Shown one piece after another: positions 9,922 to 19,741 of a stretch of 64,000 bases of DNA. How positions within the stretch are numbered: position 1 is the stretch's first letter; each line of letters starts with the position of its first letter. The notes beneath the pieces are model-generated. The model did no database searches, was not told the origin of the DNA, and saw only the letters and a list, made by a program, of their open reading frames with translations. Position numbers and translations under genes: made by a program. Origin of the DNA: Oculatellaceae cyanobacterium bins.114 (GTDB lineage: Bacteria; Cyanobacteriota; Cyanobacteriia; Elainellales; Elainellaceae). The stretch covers positions 64,001 to 128,000 of the forward strand of contig JANRJA010000075.1 in NCBI GenBank assembly GCA_033764315.1, in the 5' to 3' direction.

Positions 9922-10410
9922 CTACTGCAACAAGCTTCTCAACATCCAGGCGGTTTTCTCATGCAGACGCATCCGCTCGGTCAACAAATCAGCGGTTGAT
10001 TCATCACCGGCTTTTTCTGCGGCTGGAAAGGTTGCACGAGCTGTCCGAACAACCGCTTCGTTGGCTTCGACTAACAGACGAATCATGTCTTCAGCTTTGG
10101 GAACCCCTGTTGTTTCAGGAATAGAGCTGAGTCGAGTGAAATCGCTGTAAGTCCCCAATGCTGGGAATCCGAGAGAACGGATCCGTTCAGCAATGTCATC
10201 CACGGCGATCGCCAACTCAGTGTATTGAGTCTCAAACATGGTGTGCAGGGTTTGGAACATCGGACCCGTCACGTTCCAATGAAAGTTGTGAGTTTTGAGA
10301 TACAGCGTGTAGGTATCTGCCAACAGACGCGACAAACCATCTGCGATCGCACTCCGATCGCCTTCGTTAATACCAATGTCAATTTGGGGTACGGGTTCTT
10401 GTAGTGGCAT
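9922..10410 (-). CDS. dps: Dps ferritin-like DNA protection protein
   Basis: [32 protein letters not shown] at 10410 preceded by AGGAGAG. Confidence 0.96.
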   Translation of the reverse strand: MPLQEPVPQIDIGINEGDRSAIADGLSRLLADTYTLYLKTHNFHWNVTGPMFQTLHTMFETQYTELAIAVDDIAERIRSLGFPALGTYSDFTRLSSIPETTGVPKAEDMIRLLVEANEAVVRTARATFPAAEKAGDESTADLLTERMRLHEKTAWMLRSLLQ

Positions 10411-10547
10411 ACTCTCTCCTGAGTTCAATTCAGTAAACGTTACATTACCAACTCTCAACCTGCTCTAGAAGCGTCCTCTTTAGTTATATAGCAACCAAAA
10501 GATGGGTTAGGACAAGGGGTGCAGAGGTTGCGCCCCTTCGCCTCTAC

Positions 10548-10808
10548 TTAAGCCAGGTGCATTTGCAAAACGGATCTGGGGGCACGACGCACCTTACAAA
10601 GAATGGTGTCGTGTCCTAATCGAGAACAGGCTTCAAAGCGATGACATCCCGAAAATCCGTAGTATTGCCCGTCTACTTCTAAAACGTCGATCGGCTCTTG
10701 TAACCCAATGTCTTGAATGGATTGCATTAACGCCTCAACCTTAGCTGCATCATTTTGCCGATACAGAGGGCGTTGAATTTTATTGATCGGAATAGCTTCA
10801 ATCCTCAT
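10548..10808 (-). CDS. srxA: sulfiredoxin
   Basis: ParB/Srx fold with FSGCHR catalytic motif. Confidence 0.93.
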   Translation of the reverse strand: MRIEAIPINKIQRPLYRQNDAAKVEALMQSIQDIGLQEPIDVLEVDGQYYGFSGCHRFEACSRLGHDTILCKVRRAPRSVLQMHLA

Positions 10809-10841
10809 GTGTCTAACCTAATCACCGGCTTCTTTCTAAAT

Positions 10842-10860
10842 CATACTCATAACGACTACG
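10842..10860. promoter_or_regulatory. putative FurC/PerR operator upstream of srxA
   Basis: CATACTCATAACGACTACG matches 15/19 of the recalled Anabaena FurC consensus CAAAATCATAACGACTTTG; lies about 34 bp upstream of the srxA start. Confidence 0.6.
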
Positions 10861-10954
10861 ACTTGCAACTAAAATTTACTCCTTTCAGACCTGAGGATGA
10901 GAGAGAGGAGTCAGCCAGCAAGAGGAAATGGGGAAATTGGCGACCCAACTCATC

Positions 10955-11851
10955 CTAGAATCCCAATTTCTCCAACACGGGTTTTGTTGAGACAACGTGG
11001 CGATCGAGTCCCAGATCTTTGGGACTGACTCCCAGTGCCAGGGCTATCAGTTGAGGTAAGTGCAACACAGGAAGACTCAACGTGCGACCGATAACTTTTT
11101 CGACTTCAGGTTGGCGAGAGTCAAGGTTGAGGTGACACAACGGACAGGGTGTAATCATGCAATCGGCTCCAGCGGCGATCGCCTCTTGAATGTGTGCTCC
11201 TGCCATTTGAAACGCTTGGGTTGTGGCATAGCTAGAGAGAGGCCAGCCACAACATTGAGTCCGCCCTCGATAATAGACAGGCGTTGCTCCCACCGCTCGA
11301 AAGACATTTTCCATTGACTCTGGACTGTGGGGGTCATCAAAGGGAATGCTGTCTTGTGCCCGCAACAGATAGCATCCATAGAAAGCAGCACACTTTAACC
11401 CAGCGAGTTTGCGAGTAACCCGTTCTTGCACCGCATCCAACCCATAATCACCCACGAGTGCCCACAGCAGGTGTTTGACTTCGGTGCTGCCTTGATAAGG
11501 AGAGCAGCCTTCATTTTTGAGGAACCCGTTGACCTGCTCCAAATAAGCTGGGTTCTTTTGCTGCGCCTCTTTGAGCCGTTCATCTACATGCCCAATCACC
11601 CCCTGGCAGGTGCTGCAATGGGTTAACAACGGTAAGTTTAATTGCTCTGCCAAGGCAATATTGCGAGCATTAACCGTATCTTCTAAGAGTTGAGAGTCTT
11701 CTTTGAAAGTGCCAGAACCGCAGCATGAGGCTTTCTTCAATTCCACCAGTTCAATGCCTAATGCCTGGGTCAAGGCAGCAGTTGATTGATAAAGCTCCCG
11801 GCACGCTCCTTGAGCGACACAACCAGGGAAATACGCATATTTAAGAGTCAT
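10955..11851 (-). CDS. hdrB: HdrB/SdhE-type CCG-domain iron-sulfur protein (cyanobacterial succinate dehydrogenase anchor-like)
   Basis: YFPGC, CCG, CSTC, YGC, CCG, CPLC: two CCG domains. Confidence 0.88.
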   Translation of the reverse strand: MTLKYAYFPGCVAQGACRELYQSTAALTQALGIELVELKKASCCGSGTFKEDSQLLEDTVNARNIALAEQLNLPLLTHCSTCQGVIGHVDERLKEAQQKNPAYLEQVNGFLKNEGCSPYQGSTEVKHLLWALVGDYGLDAVQERVTRKLAGLKCAAFYGCYLLRAQDSIPFDDPHSPESMENVFRAVGATPVYYRGRTQCCGWPLSSYATTQAFQMAGAHIQEAIAAGADCMITPCPLCHLNLDSRQPEVEKVIGRTLSLPVLHLPQLIALALGVSPKDLGLDRHVVSTKPVLEKLGF

Positions 11852-11938
11852 GGCACAATTTGTTAAGACAAGCCTTATCTATCATGCCTTTCTTAGTTGC
11901 TGCTCGTGGCAACTTATCACACTCCTTTAACATCTACC

Positions 11939-12088
11939 TCAGCACTTAAAACTTAAAACTCAAAACTCAAAACTCAAAACTCAAAGCTCAGCACTCAAAA
12001 CTCAAAACTCAAAACCTAAAACTCAAAACCTAAAACTCAAAACTCAGCACTCAAAACCTAAAACTCAAAACTCAAAACTCAAAACTCA
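11939..12088 (+). repeat. short tandem repeat array of heptamer AAAACTC (variants AGCACTC, AAAACCT), about 21 units
   Basis: directly visible tandem array between divergent genes. Confidence 0.95.
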
Positions 12089-12133
12089 TCCCATTACCCC
12101 AGCCCATTTACAAAAGTCTAAGGACTAGCTTGC

Positions 12134-12454
12134 ATGTTGTCGCAAATTTTTTATTTCGTTCGGTCTAAACACGATGGGCAATATCTGGTGGCGCGACCCA
12201 GAACCGCCGCTCCGACGAATGCTCCAACCCATCCAGAAAAACCGCCCTCAGGCTATGTGTTGTTGTTTCGGGAACATGCCGATGCGCTGAGTTACTTGAA
12301 TACTCACGGTTCAGGAGTGAGCGATCGCTTTGCTGTGGAATCCATTCCCAGCACTCAGTTGAAGGGTTTAATGCAACGGTGGGGCTTTGATGGCATTGGG
12401 CTAGTCGAAGATCCACTGTTGCCCAGAGTTGAGTTTTTAACATCCCTAAATTAG
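12134..12454 (+). CDS. conserved cyanobacterial hypothetical protein
   Basis: DGQYLVA...[16 protein letters not shown]...[14 protein letters not shown], cyanobacterial-looking motif set. Confidence 0.75.
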   Translation: MLSQIFYFVRSKHDGQYLVARPRTAAPTNAPTHPEKPPSGYVLLFREHADALSYLNTHGSGVSDRFAVESIPSTQLKGLMQRWGFDGIGLVEDPLLPRVEFLTSLN

Positions 12455-12521
12455 GGTGTCACCCCAATTTGAGATAAAATACGACTCGCTGTATACCTAT
12501 CTCCGACTGAATTGTAGACCT

Positions 12522-13601
12522 ATGACAAAGCACTACCGCATTACTCTTTTACCGGGCGACGGCATTGGTCCAGAAATCATGGCAGTGGCGGTGTCAGTGC
12601 TCAAAGAGATTGGTCAGCAACTCGATCTACAGTTTGCCTTTCAAGAAGCCCCGATTGGTGGGGCAGCGATCGATGCCACGGGTGATCCGCTTCCCCCTGA
12701 GAGTTTAGAAACCTGCCGTGACAGTGATGCGGTGTTGCTGGCGGCAATTGGGGGCTTTAAGTGGGATACGCTGCCCAGTCATCAACGCCCAGAACGGGGT
12801 CTGTTGGGTTTAAGAGCGGGTTTGGGGCTGTTTGCTAATCTTCGCCCAGCTCAAATTTTGCCGCAGTTGATCGATGCCTCTAGCCTCAAACGCGACATTG
12901 TCGAAGGGGTAGACATCATGGTGGTGCGTGAACTCACCGGGGGCATTTATTTTGGGCAACCCAAGGGCATCTTTGCTACCGAGACGGGTGAAAAACGGGG
13001 TGTCAATACGATGGCCTACACCGAGTCTGAGATTGAGCGCATTGGTCGAGTAGCGTTTGAAGCGGCTCGTAAACGCCAGGGGCGTCTCTGTTCGGTAGAT
13101 AAAGCGAATGTATTGGAAGTCTCGCAATTGTGGCGCGATCGCATCACTCAACTGTCTCAGGAATATCCCGATGTCGAACTGTCTCACATGTATGTCGATA
13201 ACGCCGCAATGCAACTGGTGCGCTATCCCAAGCAATTCGACACGATCGTCACAGGCAACCTGTTTGGCGATATCCTCTCCGACGCCGCGGCCATGCTTAC
13301 AGGCAGTATTGGCATGTTGCCTTCTGCCAGTTTGGGAGCATCTGGGCCTGGTGTGTTTGAGCCTGTACACGGCTCTGCCCCTGACATCGCCGGACAAGAC
13401 AAAGCCAACCCGATCGCCCAGGTATTGAGTGCTGCCATGATGTTGCGTTATGGCTTAAACGAACCCGAAGCCAGCGATCGCATTGAACAGGCAGTCCTCA
13501 AAGTGCTTGATCAAGGCTATCGCACCGGAGATATCATGTCGCCCGGAATGACGCTCGTGGGGTGTCAGGCAATGGGTGAGGCGTTGTTGAAAGCTCTGTA
13601 G
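12522..13601 (+). CDS. leuB: 3-isopropylmalate dehydrogenase
   Basis: [37 protein letters not shown]; start set at MTKHYRI. Confidence 0.98.
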   Translation: MTKHYRITLLPGDGIGPEIMAVAVSVLKEIGQQLDLQFAFQEAPIGGAAIDATGDPLPPESLETCRDSDAVLLAAIGGFKWDTLPSHQRPERGLLGLRAGLGLFANLRPAQILPQLIDASSLKRDIVEGVDIMVVRELTGGIYFGQPKGIFATETGEKRGVNTMAYTESEIERIGRVAFEAARKRQGRLCSVDKANVLEVSQLWRDRITQLSQEYPDVELSHMYVDNAAMQLVRYPKQFDTIVTGNLFGDILSDAAAMLTGSIGMLPSASLGASGPGVFEPVHGSAPDIAGQDKANPIAQVLSAAMMLRYGLNEPEASDRIEQAVLKVLDQGYRTGDIMSPGMTLVGCQAMGEALLKAL

Positions 13602-13753
13602 GAAAAAAGAAAAAGAAGAGAGAAAAGAGAAGAGGAAGTAAGGCTAAAGGCTGAAGGATAAAGGCTGAGAGAAGAGGGAGGATAGATATCAATCAAAGCC
13701 TTATTCTTTTTTCTCTTTTCTTTTTTCCTCTTTTATCCTTATATCCTTTCCCT
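13602..13753. repeat. purine/pyrimidine inverted low-complexity STRR-type region
   Basis: AAGAGA/AAGGCTG/AAGGATA block followed by TTCTCTT/TATCCTT block. Confidence 0.6.
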
Positions 13754-13754
13754 T

Positions 13755-14423
13755 GTGTCTACCAAAATTCCGTTTGATATTGATATCGCGATCGCCCATC
13801 TCCAGGAAGCCGTAAAACCCTTTCCCAAAGCAGCCATGTTTGAGTTAGCTGACTTGGGATATCAATCGCCTTTTGAACAGCTGATCTCTTGCATCATCTC
13901 GATTCGCACCTACGATGAGGTCAGCTTGCCCGTATCGCAGCGATTGTTTGAGCGTGCCCGCACTCCAGCGCAAATGGTGCAATTGACTCCAACTGAAATC
14001 AATGAGTTGATTCGAGACTGTACCTACCCCGAACCCAAGTCAGAACAAATTTGGGCGATCGCCCACAGCATTGTCACTGAATATGAAGGTGTTTTGCCCT
14101 CTGACGTGAATGTCTTGCTGTCTTTTAAGGGCGTAGGACCCAAATGTGCCCACTTGACCCTGGGCATTGCCTGTCATCAACCTTATATCAGTGTCGATAC
14201 CCACGTTCATCGGGTCACCAATCGATGGGGGTATGTGCAAGCCCGCACCCCCGAAAAGACCCTGACTGCATTAGAAGCTACCCTACCCAAGCCTTACTGG
14301 ATTGAAATCAATCGGTTGCTCGTTCCCTTTGGCAAGCATATCTGCACAGGCACCTCACCCCACTGCTCCACCTGTCCTGTATTGAATATGTGCCAACAAG
14401 TTGGCGTAAAACAACATCGGTAG
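13755..14423 (+). CDS. nth: endonuclease III (HhH-GPD, 4Fe-4S)
   Basis: GVGPKCA HhH, VDTHVHR, C-x6-C-x2-C-x5-C cluster motif. Confidence 0.92.
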   Translation: MSTKIPFDIDIAIAHLQEAVKPFPKAAMFELADLGYQSPFEQLISCIISIRTYDEVSLPVSQRLFERARTPAQMVQLTPTEINELIRDCTYPEPKSEQIWAIAHSIVTEYEGVLPSDVNVLLSFKGVGPKCAHLTLGIACHQPYISVDTHVHRVTNRWGYVQARTPEKTLTALEATLPKPYWIEINRLLVPFGKHICTGTSPHCSTCPVLNMCQQVGVKQHR

Positions 14424-14742
14424 TAGGAAGTAGGGAGTAGAAAATTTCCTAAACGCTAAGTCAACTCTCAACTCCTATCCTTCATCCTTCATCCTTTATC
14501 CTTCATCCTTTACCCCTCATCCCTTCCTCTTTTTTTTCTCTCTTCTCTTCTCCTCCCCCACTCGTCCCATTTTTCAGTTATCTTTATGGCATCTCGTCGC
14601 AAATCTTGCTGTAATAATACAAATGGACTAAGCCGAGCTAGCAAATGGGGGTAAGCGGGTAGTGTACGCTTCAAAACACACATCAACACAAAATCCGGTT
14701 AAGCCCGGTTTAGACGCAAAAACAACGAGTCGAGCAGAGCCG

Positions 14743-14961
14743 ATGGATTTCTCAGCCTTGCTAGACCCCTCGTTGTTGCAAGCAGCTAGACATATTTATC
14801 GAACGTATTACGAAGTTCATCCTGAGCAGGTACAGCGTCCGTTAGGAGTGGCGATCGATCGCTTCACTTATCGTGGCAAGCTCATCTTCACAGGCAAACC
14901 TGTGTTGCTGCCTCAAGAGTGCTTTATCCCCATTAACCACATCGAGTCTGAGTTGCACTAG
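14743..14961 (+). CDS. conserved cyanobacterial hypothetical protein upstream of pilD
   Basis: DPSLLQAARHIYRTY...RPLGVAI...PVLLPQECFIP; start uncertain (14662 GTG possible). Confidence 0.7.
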   Translation: MDFSALLDPSLLQAARHIYRTYYEVHPEQVQRPLGVAIDRFTYRGKLIFTGKPVLLPQECFIPINHIESELH

Positions 14962-14966
14962 GGGCG

Positions 14967-15812
14967 ATGGAACTGCTCTTTTTAGCAGTCAGTACTGTAG
15001 CGGTGTTCATTCTAGGAGCGTGTATCGGCAGCTTCTTGAATGTTGTGATTTATCGCATTCCAGCGGGAATATCGTTAATCTATCCACCGTCTCGCTGTCC
15101 TCGCTGCAAACAACAACTTAAAAGCTACGACAATGTTCCTGTTCTGGGTTGGCTCAGGCTCAAAGGGCGTTGTCGCTCGTGTCGCAATCCCATCTCAGTT
15201 CGCTATCCTCTCGTTGAGGCGGCAACTGGGCTTTTGTTTGTCTTTGTTTTCTGGGCGTTTACCTTGCCCCTGCCTGCCATTGGCTATTGGGCGTTTTTAA
15301 GTTGGCTATTAGTCCTCTCTTTAATTGATCTCGATACCCTCACCTTGCCCAACTCTCTGACTCAATCAGGGTTAATCGCCGGACTGGCGTTTCAAGCTGT
15401 GATGGGTGGGGCAGAGGCAGGTGGATCAGGGGTCGCTAATCGCTTGATGATTGGGGTTCTAGGGGCTGTGATTGGTATTTGGATCTTTGATGCCATCACG
15501 ATTTTGGGATCGATCGCCTTTGGGCAAACAGCGATGGGTGGTGGAGATGCCAAACTTGCTGCCATGATGGGGGCTTGGTTGGGTTGGCAAAATCTATTAC
15601 TAGCTGGATTTTTAGCGTGTGCGATCGGGGCTTTTGTTGGAGGAGGGGCGATCGCCCTGGGGTTGCTCAGTCGTCGTCAGCCGATGCCATTTGGCCCTTT
15701 TTTGGCACTTGGAGCGGTCATCAGCACCTTTTTTGGGCAAGCTATTATCTCTACGTATCTGCGGCTATTCTTGCCCACTGTAGGAACGCTTTGGGGCAAT
15801 CTTGGCGGATAA
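14967..15812 (+). CDS. pilD: prepilin peptidase/N-methyltransferase
   Basis: GSFLNVVIYR, two CxxC, MGGGDAKL, PFGPFL. Confidence 0.97.
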   Translation: MELLFLAVSTVAVFILGACIGSFLNVVIYRIPAGISLIYPPSRCPRCKQQLKSYDNVPVLGWLRLKGRCRSCRNPISVRYPLVEAATGLLFVFVFWAFTLPLPAIGYWAFLSWLLVLSLIDLDTLTLPNSLTQSGLIAGLAFQAVMGGAEAGGSGVANRLMIGVLGAVIGIWIFDAITILGSIAFGQTAMGGGDAKLAAMMGAWLGWQNLLLAGFLACAIGAFVGGGAIALGLLSRRQPMPFGPFLALGAVISTFFGQAIISTYLRLFLPTVGTLWGNLGG

Positions 15813-15863
15813 TTTGACAAATCCTCAATAGTTCGCTAACAATAGAGATCGCGTCAAAATTAA

Positions 15864-15937
15864 GGGACTGTAGTTCAATTGGTTAGAGCACCGCCCTGTC
15901 ACGGCGGAAGTTGCGGGTTCGAGCCCCGTCAGTCCCG
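15864..15937 (+). tRNA. trnD: tRNA-Asp(GTC), copy 1
   Basis: GGGACTG/CAGTCCC acceptor stem, anticodon loop CTGTCAC, GGTTCGAGCCC; upstream TTGACA at 15814. Confidence 0.97.
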
Positions 15938-15985
15938 TAGAAAAACTTCTTCAAATTCTCCAAGTCAAGCGTCATTTCTCGCAAA

Positions 15986-16041
15986 TAACGTCATTTGGGT
16001 TAAGCCCTTGGCTAAGGAATAACGGCTATCAAGACGAAGTC
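15986..16041 (+). repeat. truncated left end of TAACGT-type MITE-like element
   Basis: similar to 16091-16148 (TAACGTCA...TAAG...TGGC...ACGGCTATCA...CGAAGT). Confidence 0.55.
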
Positions 16042-16090
16042 TATGCCCGAACCCTGACCAAACGCTTATGCGTGGGGCTATAACAATATT

Positions 16091-16350
16091 TAACGTCAGT
16101 TCGGTTTAAGAGCCTGGCGAATAAATTCACGGCTATCAGAGCGAAGTTCGCCTTCGTGAACTACAGAGAATCAAGGGTTGAGTGAACCGACTCATACAAA
16201 ATCCGGCTAGTTGCTTACGAATTACTTTCCTACAGGCAAAGGTTTTAGCCTAGCCTGACAACAAGTAAGCAGCCAGATTTCATATCAGGTCGGTTTTGCT
16301 CCTGTAGTTGCGGTTTCAACCGCCAAAATCCTTATCCCGAATTCACGTTA
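16091..16350. mobile_element. MITE-like element with TAACGTCAGTTCGG / CCGAATTCACGTTA terminal inverted repeats
   Basis: 12/14 TIR match, TA at both ends, internal inverted repeats; related copy at 28894-29000. Confidence 0.75.
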
Positions 16351-16389
16351 TTTAAGAAATTCAAATCTAGGTATTTCCTGGTTTTTATA

Positions 16390-16457
16390 TATAGCAGTCC
16401 TACATCATTTGTGAGATTGGGGAGTTGTAAGAAGCTCACCCACTTGGAATCGCTATA
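16390..16457. repeat. TATAGCAGTCC...GCTATA short palindromic (MITE-like) repeat
   Basis: shares TATAGCAGTCCTAnATCATTTGTGAGATTGG with 31373-31452. Confidence 0.75.
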
Positions 16458-16477
16458 GTTACTAACAAACCTGATAC

Positions 16478-17002
16478 TCAATTAAATGACTGAGCCTCGT
16501 ATGGCAAATATTGCTGTTTGTATGAGTTCAAGCTATTTAATATCAAAACATCTCGAACCTTATCAGATGAGTGAGATAATGTGGCTAACTTACGAGCGAT
16601 CGCCATCACTGTGGGTCGCTTTGCAGAAGCTATTTCTGTTTTGTTCTTAAGCGTTTCTGAATTGGGTTTAGAGGGAGTGATCTGAGGGATCAAACTATCA
16701 ATTTCATCAGAGAAGCGTGTGGTGTTTGCTAAATCATCTGGCTCACTCAAGGAGCCATGAGACATCCCCAATTCCTCAAGATGCTGATGAAGAGACATTT
16801 CTCGATTGCGCTCGTCTAACCATCTGCGACAGACATCATTGACAAGCCAAATCTCCTGCTGGGTCAAGGCTTCAGTCGGCTTATAAGAAGCAACGATTGC
16901 CGATACTGCATAGGCATCATCAAAAGGAATTCCTACCCGGACTAACTCTATGAAAAAGAGCTTTTTCCTCTCTTTATTAATATCTGAAGGAAGGCTCTCC
17001 AT
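16478..17002 (-). CDS. hypothetical protein between the two tRNA-Asp genes
   Basis: 174-aa ORF with ATG start; no family recognised. Confidence 0.6.
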   Translation of the reverse strand: MESLPSDINKERKKLFFIELVRVGIPFDDAYAVSAIVASYKPTEALTQQEIWLVNDVCRRWLDERNREMSLHQHLEELGMSHGSLSEPDDLANTTRFSDEIDSLIPQITPSKPNSETLKNKTEIASAKRPTVMAIARKLATLSHSSDKVRDVLILNSLNSYKQQYLPYEAQSFN

Positions 17003-17224
17003 GAGTTAGAAAAGCTTACGTGAATGACTTTCATCATTTAGTGTTACTCATATTACAAATAACGGGTTCCATCTAATGGAGGACATCAATAAACGGTAGA
17101 GGTCAAGAATCAATAAAGTTAAAGAGCACAGGTTGACTGAGCAAATTTTTGAAGGACTTTGTTCTGGTATGTCGCCTAAATGACTTAAACTATTAAATAT
17201 GGCGATTAAAAAGCCTGAGATTGA

Positions 17225-17298
17225 GGGACTGTAGTTCAATTGGTTAGAGCACCGCCCTGTCACGGCGGAAGTTGCGGGTTCGAGCCCCGTCAGTCCCG
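17225..17298 (+). tRNA. trnD: tRNA-Asp(GTC), copy 2 (identical to copy 1)
   Basis: base-for-base identical to 15864-15937. Confidence 0.97.
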
Positions 17299-17393
17299 TA
17301 AAAAAAGTTGAGCAAGCTGGTCGAGGAGATCAAGCAATAGCCAATTTGAGCTTAAGATTTATTGCATAAATTAGTTCTAAGAGCACGATCGCC

Positions 17394-17538
17394 GGAGTTG
17401 CGGAATGCAAGTATGATTTCTCTCATCCCCAGCCCTTTTCTTTAAGGAGAAGGGAGCTAGAATCCGGTTCCCTCGCCCTTTGGGAGAGGGTTAGGGTGAG
17501 GGCAGCTTTGGTAATTCATATCTCTGTTCAGCCACACC
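17394..17538. repeat. MITE-like element with degenerate GGAGTTGCGGAAT..GTATGA / TCATA..TTCAGCCACACC ends and internal CCCTC..GAGGG hairpin
   Basis: imperfect terminal inverted repeats around CTCATCCCCAGCCC...GGGTTAGGGTGAG palindrome. Confidence 0.55.
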
Positions 17539-17650
17539 TGATGGCCTGAAACTCATGATCTAGCTTCACCTCAATCCAAATAAATGCTCGGTCAACGAGA
17601 GCCAATTTTCCCAAAGCGATCGCTTCGTCGAGAGACGTCAAGCATCATGC

Positions 17651-17676
17651 AAAAAGCCACCGGACTCGGTGGCTTT
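17651..17676 (-). terminator. intrinsic terminator after rpmA (likely bidirectional)
   Basis: AAAGCCACCG-GACT-CGGTGGCTTT hairpin with A/T tracts. Confidence 0.8.
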
Positions 17677-17739
17677 CAATCAATCCCTACTCAAATCACA
17701 AGGGTCAATAAAGGTTGAACAGTTTTCAGTGAACCGCCA

Positions 17740-18033
17740 TTAAGCAGGAACAGCTTCAACGGTTTCTGTAACCGTTTCAACAACAGGATAAATGCTCACT
17801 TTTTTGCGACCTTTACCTTTGCGTTCAAAGGTAACAACACCGTCTACCAAAGCAAACAATGTGTCGTCGCAGCCACGACCAACGTTAACACCGGGGTGGA
17901 TCTTGGTGCCACGTTGCCGTACCAAAATGTTACCTGCTCGCACAACCTGACCACCATAACGCTTAACGCCGAGGCGTTGAGCATTAGAGTCGCGTCCGTT
18001 GCGGGTACTACCCGTCCCTTTCTTATGTGCCAT
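17740..18033 (-). CDS. rpmA: 50S ribosomal protein L27
   Basis: [16 protein letters not shown]. Confidence 0.99.
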   Translation of the reverse strand: MAHKKGTGSTRNGRDSNAQRLGVKRYGGQVVRAGNILVRQRGTKIHPGVNVGRGCDDTLFALVDGVVTFERKGKGRKKVSIYPVVETVTETVEAVPA

Positions 18034-18112
18034 AGTGCTTTCTTTTTCCTCTCTAACCCTAGCTTATAGTGTGATGAATGAAATAGCGATCGCGATTGCG
18101 ACAATGCTCCTC

Positions 18113-18541
18113 TTAATCTTCGTCTTCAGCCACATCTGCGACGGTTGAAGTCTGATCGCTGACAGGTTCAGCTTTAGTAGGAGCGGGAAGACGGCTTGAT
18201 GGCTCATCATTGCCAATGGTTGAGCCGTTGAGGTTAATGGAGTCAATCATGAGCCGGGTTAACTCTTGACGGTGCCCTTGCTTTTTGCGGGTCTTCTTCT
18301 TAGGACGCATTTTGTAAACGATAATTTTGCGTCCTCGCAGATGTCTCAATACCGTTCCTTCTACGGTTGCGCCTTCCACAAAGGGCTGACCGATTGACAC
18401 ATCACCTTCATTTTCAACGTACAAAACCTGATCGATGGTGACTGATTCGTTTTCTTCGACTGCTAGCCGCTCAATGTCGTAAAAACGACCTGGCTCAACC
18501 CTAAGCTGCTTGCCACCTGTTTCAATGATTGCGTAAGCCAT
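18113..18541 (-). CDS. rplU: 50S ribosomal protein L21
   Basis: [10 protein letters not shown]...KKQGHRQ. Confidence 0.99.
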   Translation of the reverse strand: MAYAIIETGGKQLRVEPGRFYDIERLAVEENESVTIDQVLYVENEGDVSIGQPFVEGATVEGTVLRHLRGRKIIVYKMRPKKKTRKKQGHRQELTRLMIDSINLNGSTIGNDEPSSRLPAPTKAEPVSDQTSTVADVAEDED

Positions 18542-18552
18542 GATATTTTCCT

Positions 18553-18684
18553 ATTGCCTGCCGTACAGGTAGTCAGCTAATTGCGCTCTGGCATGATCGC
18601 ACTCTGGCATAATTGCACAGCGGCTTAATTTCACCGGGGCGATCGCACTGACGTTTGATAAGGGGGTGACCTGATCCGAACAGA
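18553..18684 (-). promoter_or_regulatory. putative structured 5' leader of rplU (L21-leader-like)
   Basis: minus-strand CAGGT pairs with ACCTG, followed by TACGGCAGG just before the RBS. Confidence 0.4.
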
Positions 18685-18756
18685 ATTAACAACCAGTTAC
18701 CTATCATCGCGAATTGGAACCAAGAGTGTCAAGGGCGATCGCTTAATTCATCACCA

Positions 18757-19200
18757 TTAAATGACAAAACTTGTTGTCTCTCCTTGTGCCGCTTGCCAAC
18801 TGCGGGCATCGTAATATAAGTCTGCCAGCGAAATACTATATAACGCGTCCTTTAACTTCTCATGGAGGCGATTCCACAAGGTAAATGTGACCCAGTCTTC
18901 AGCTTGCTCAGCATCAGGCATATGGCGAGCCAATGGCTCAATTGTCTCCCCTACCGCTTCTAAAATGTGCCCTAGCGAGATTTGATTGGGCGATCGCTGA
19001 AGCCGATAACCCCCCTGAGCCCCCCGAATAGACTCAACCAACCCGGCTTGCCGCAATTCAATCAACAACTTCTCTAAATAAGGTGCAGGTAAATTTTGCC
19101 GTTGAGCAATAACCTTGACCGAAGCAGGCCCATACCCTGGTTGCAAGCTCAGATCAAGCAGGGCTTTAACACTATAGTGTCCGCGAGTTGTTAGTTTCAT
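18757..19200 (-). CDS. Rrf2-family transcriptional regulator (lacks Fe-S cysteines)
   Basis: MKLTTRGHY, YLEKLL, SIRGAQGGY; no Cys in the protein. Confidence 0.92.
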   Translation of the reverse strand: MKLTTRGHYSVKALLDLSLQPGYGPASVKVIAQRQNLPAPYLEKLLIELRQAGLVESIRGAQGGYRLQRSPNQISLGHILEAVGETIEPLARHMPDAEQAEDWVTFTLWNRLHEKLKDALYSISLADLYYDARSWQAAQGETTSFVI

Positions 19201-19741
19201 CTCACCAAATATAGCAGTCTTAAACCATAGGTGATGTGCGATAGATGGCGGTTAAAAGTTGAGTCTCTCAGCCGACAGCATGGCAATGTGATAAAGGCAA
19301 CCTTGACAAAAGCTTAAGGTTTATTAGGTTAACCGAATTAGTATGATCACCCAATTTGCTTCTTAGTCCACTTCTCCTTAGTCGTCTGCTACGACACCTA
19401 AATTGGCTTAAAGCTAAGCAATTAAATTAAGGAGTTTGTGAGCATCCATTTTTGCAGTCATTTGTCATGGAGTGATCATTAAATCTTTATTAGTAAAGCG
19501 ATATTCTCATCATGCTGCGAGCTATTCCAAAGTGGTTTTGTATAAAGCAAACATTTATCGAATACTAGAGAAACTCATTAAAGAGATTGCAATTTAACCA
19601 TAAATACGATGGAAAAAAATATCTATGTCAGTGTAGTATGGTTTCACAAGCTGATATATAGTCAATGGAGTAATTCATTGGGTTGTCTCAGCTAGAATGA
19701 TGTAGTGTGGGCTTCTTGTTGATTGGTTCAGAGTCAAGTTA

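Noticed and set aside
11939..12088. possible CRISPR or telomere-like array
   Set aside because: Simple heptamer STRR without spacers.
12810..13397. 195-aa antisense ORF inside leuB and similar shadow ORFs in hdrB, atpA, prfC and yyaL
   Set aside because: They fully overlap well-supported genes and have no recognisable motifs.
17048..17263. 71-aa ORF
   Set aside because: Starts inside tRNA-Asp on the antisense strand; spurious.
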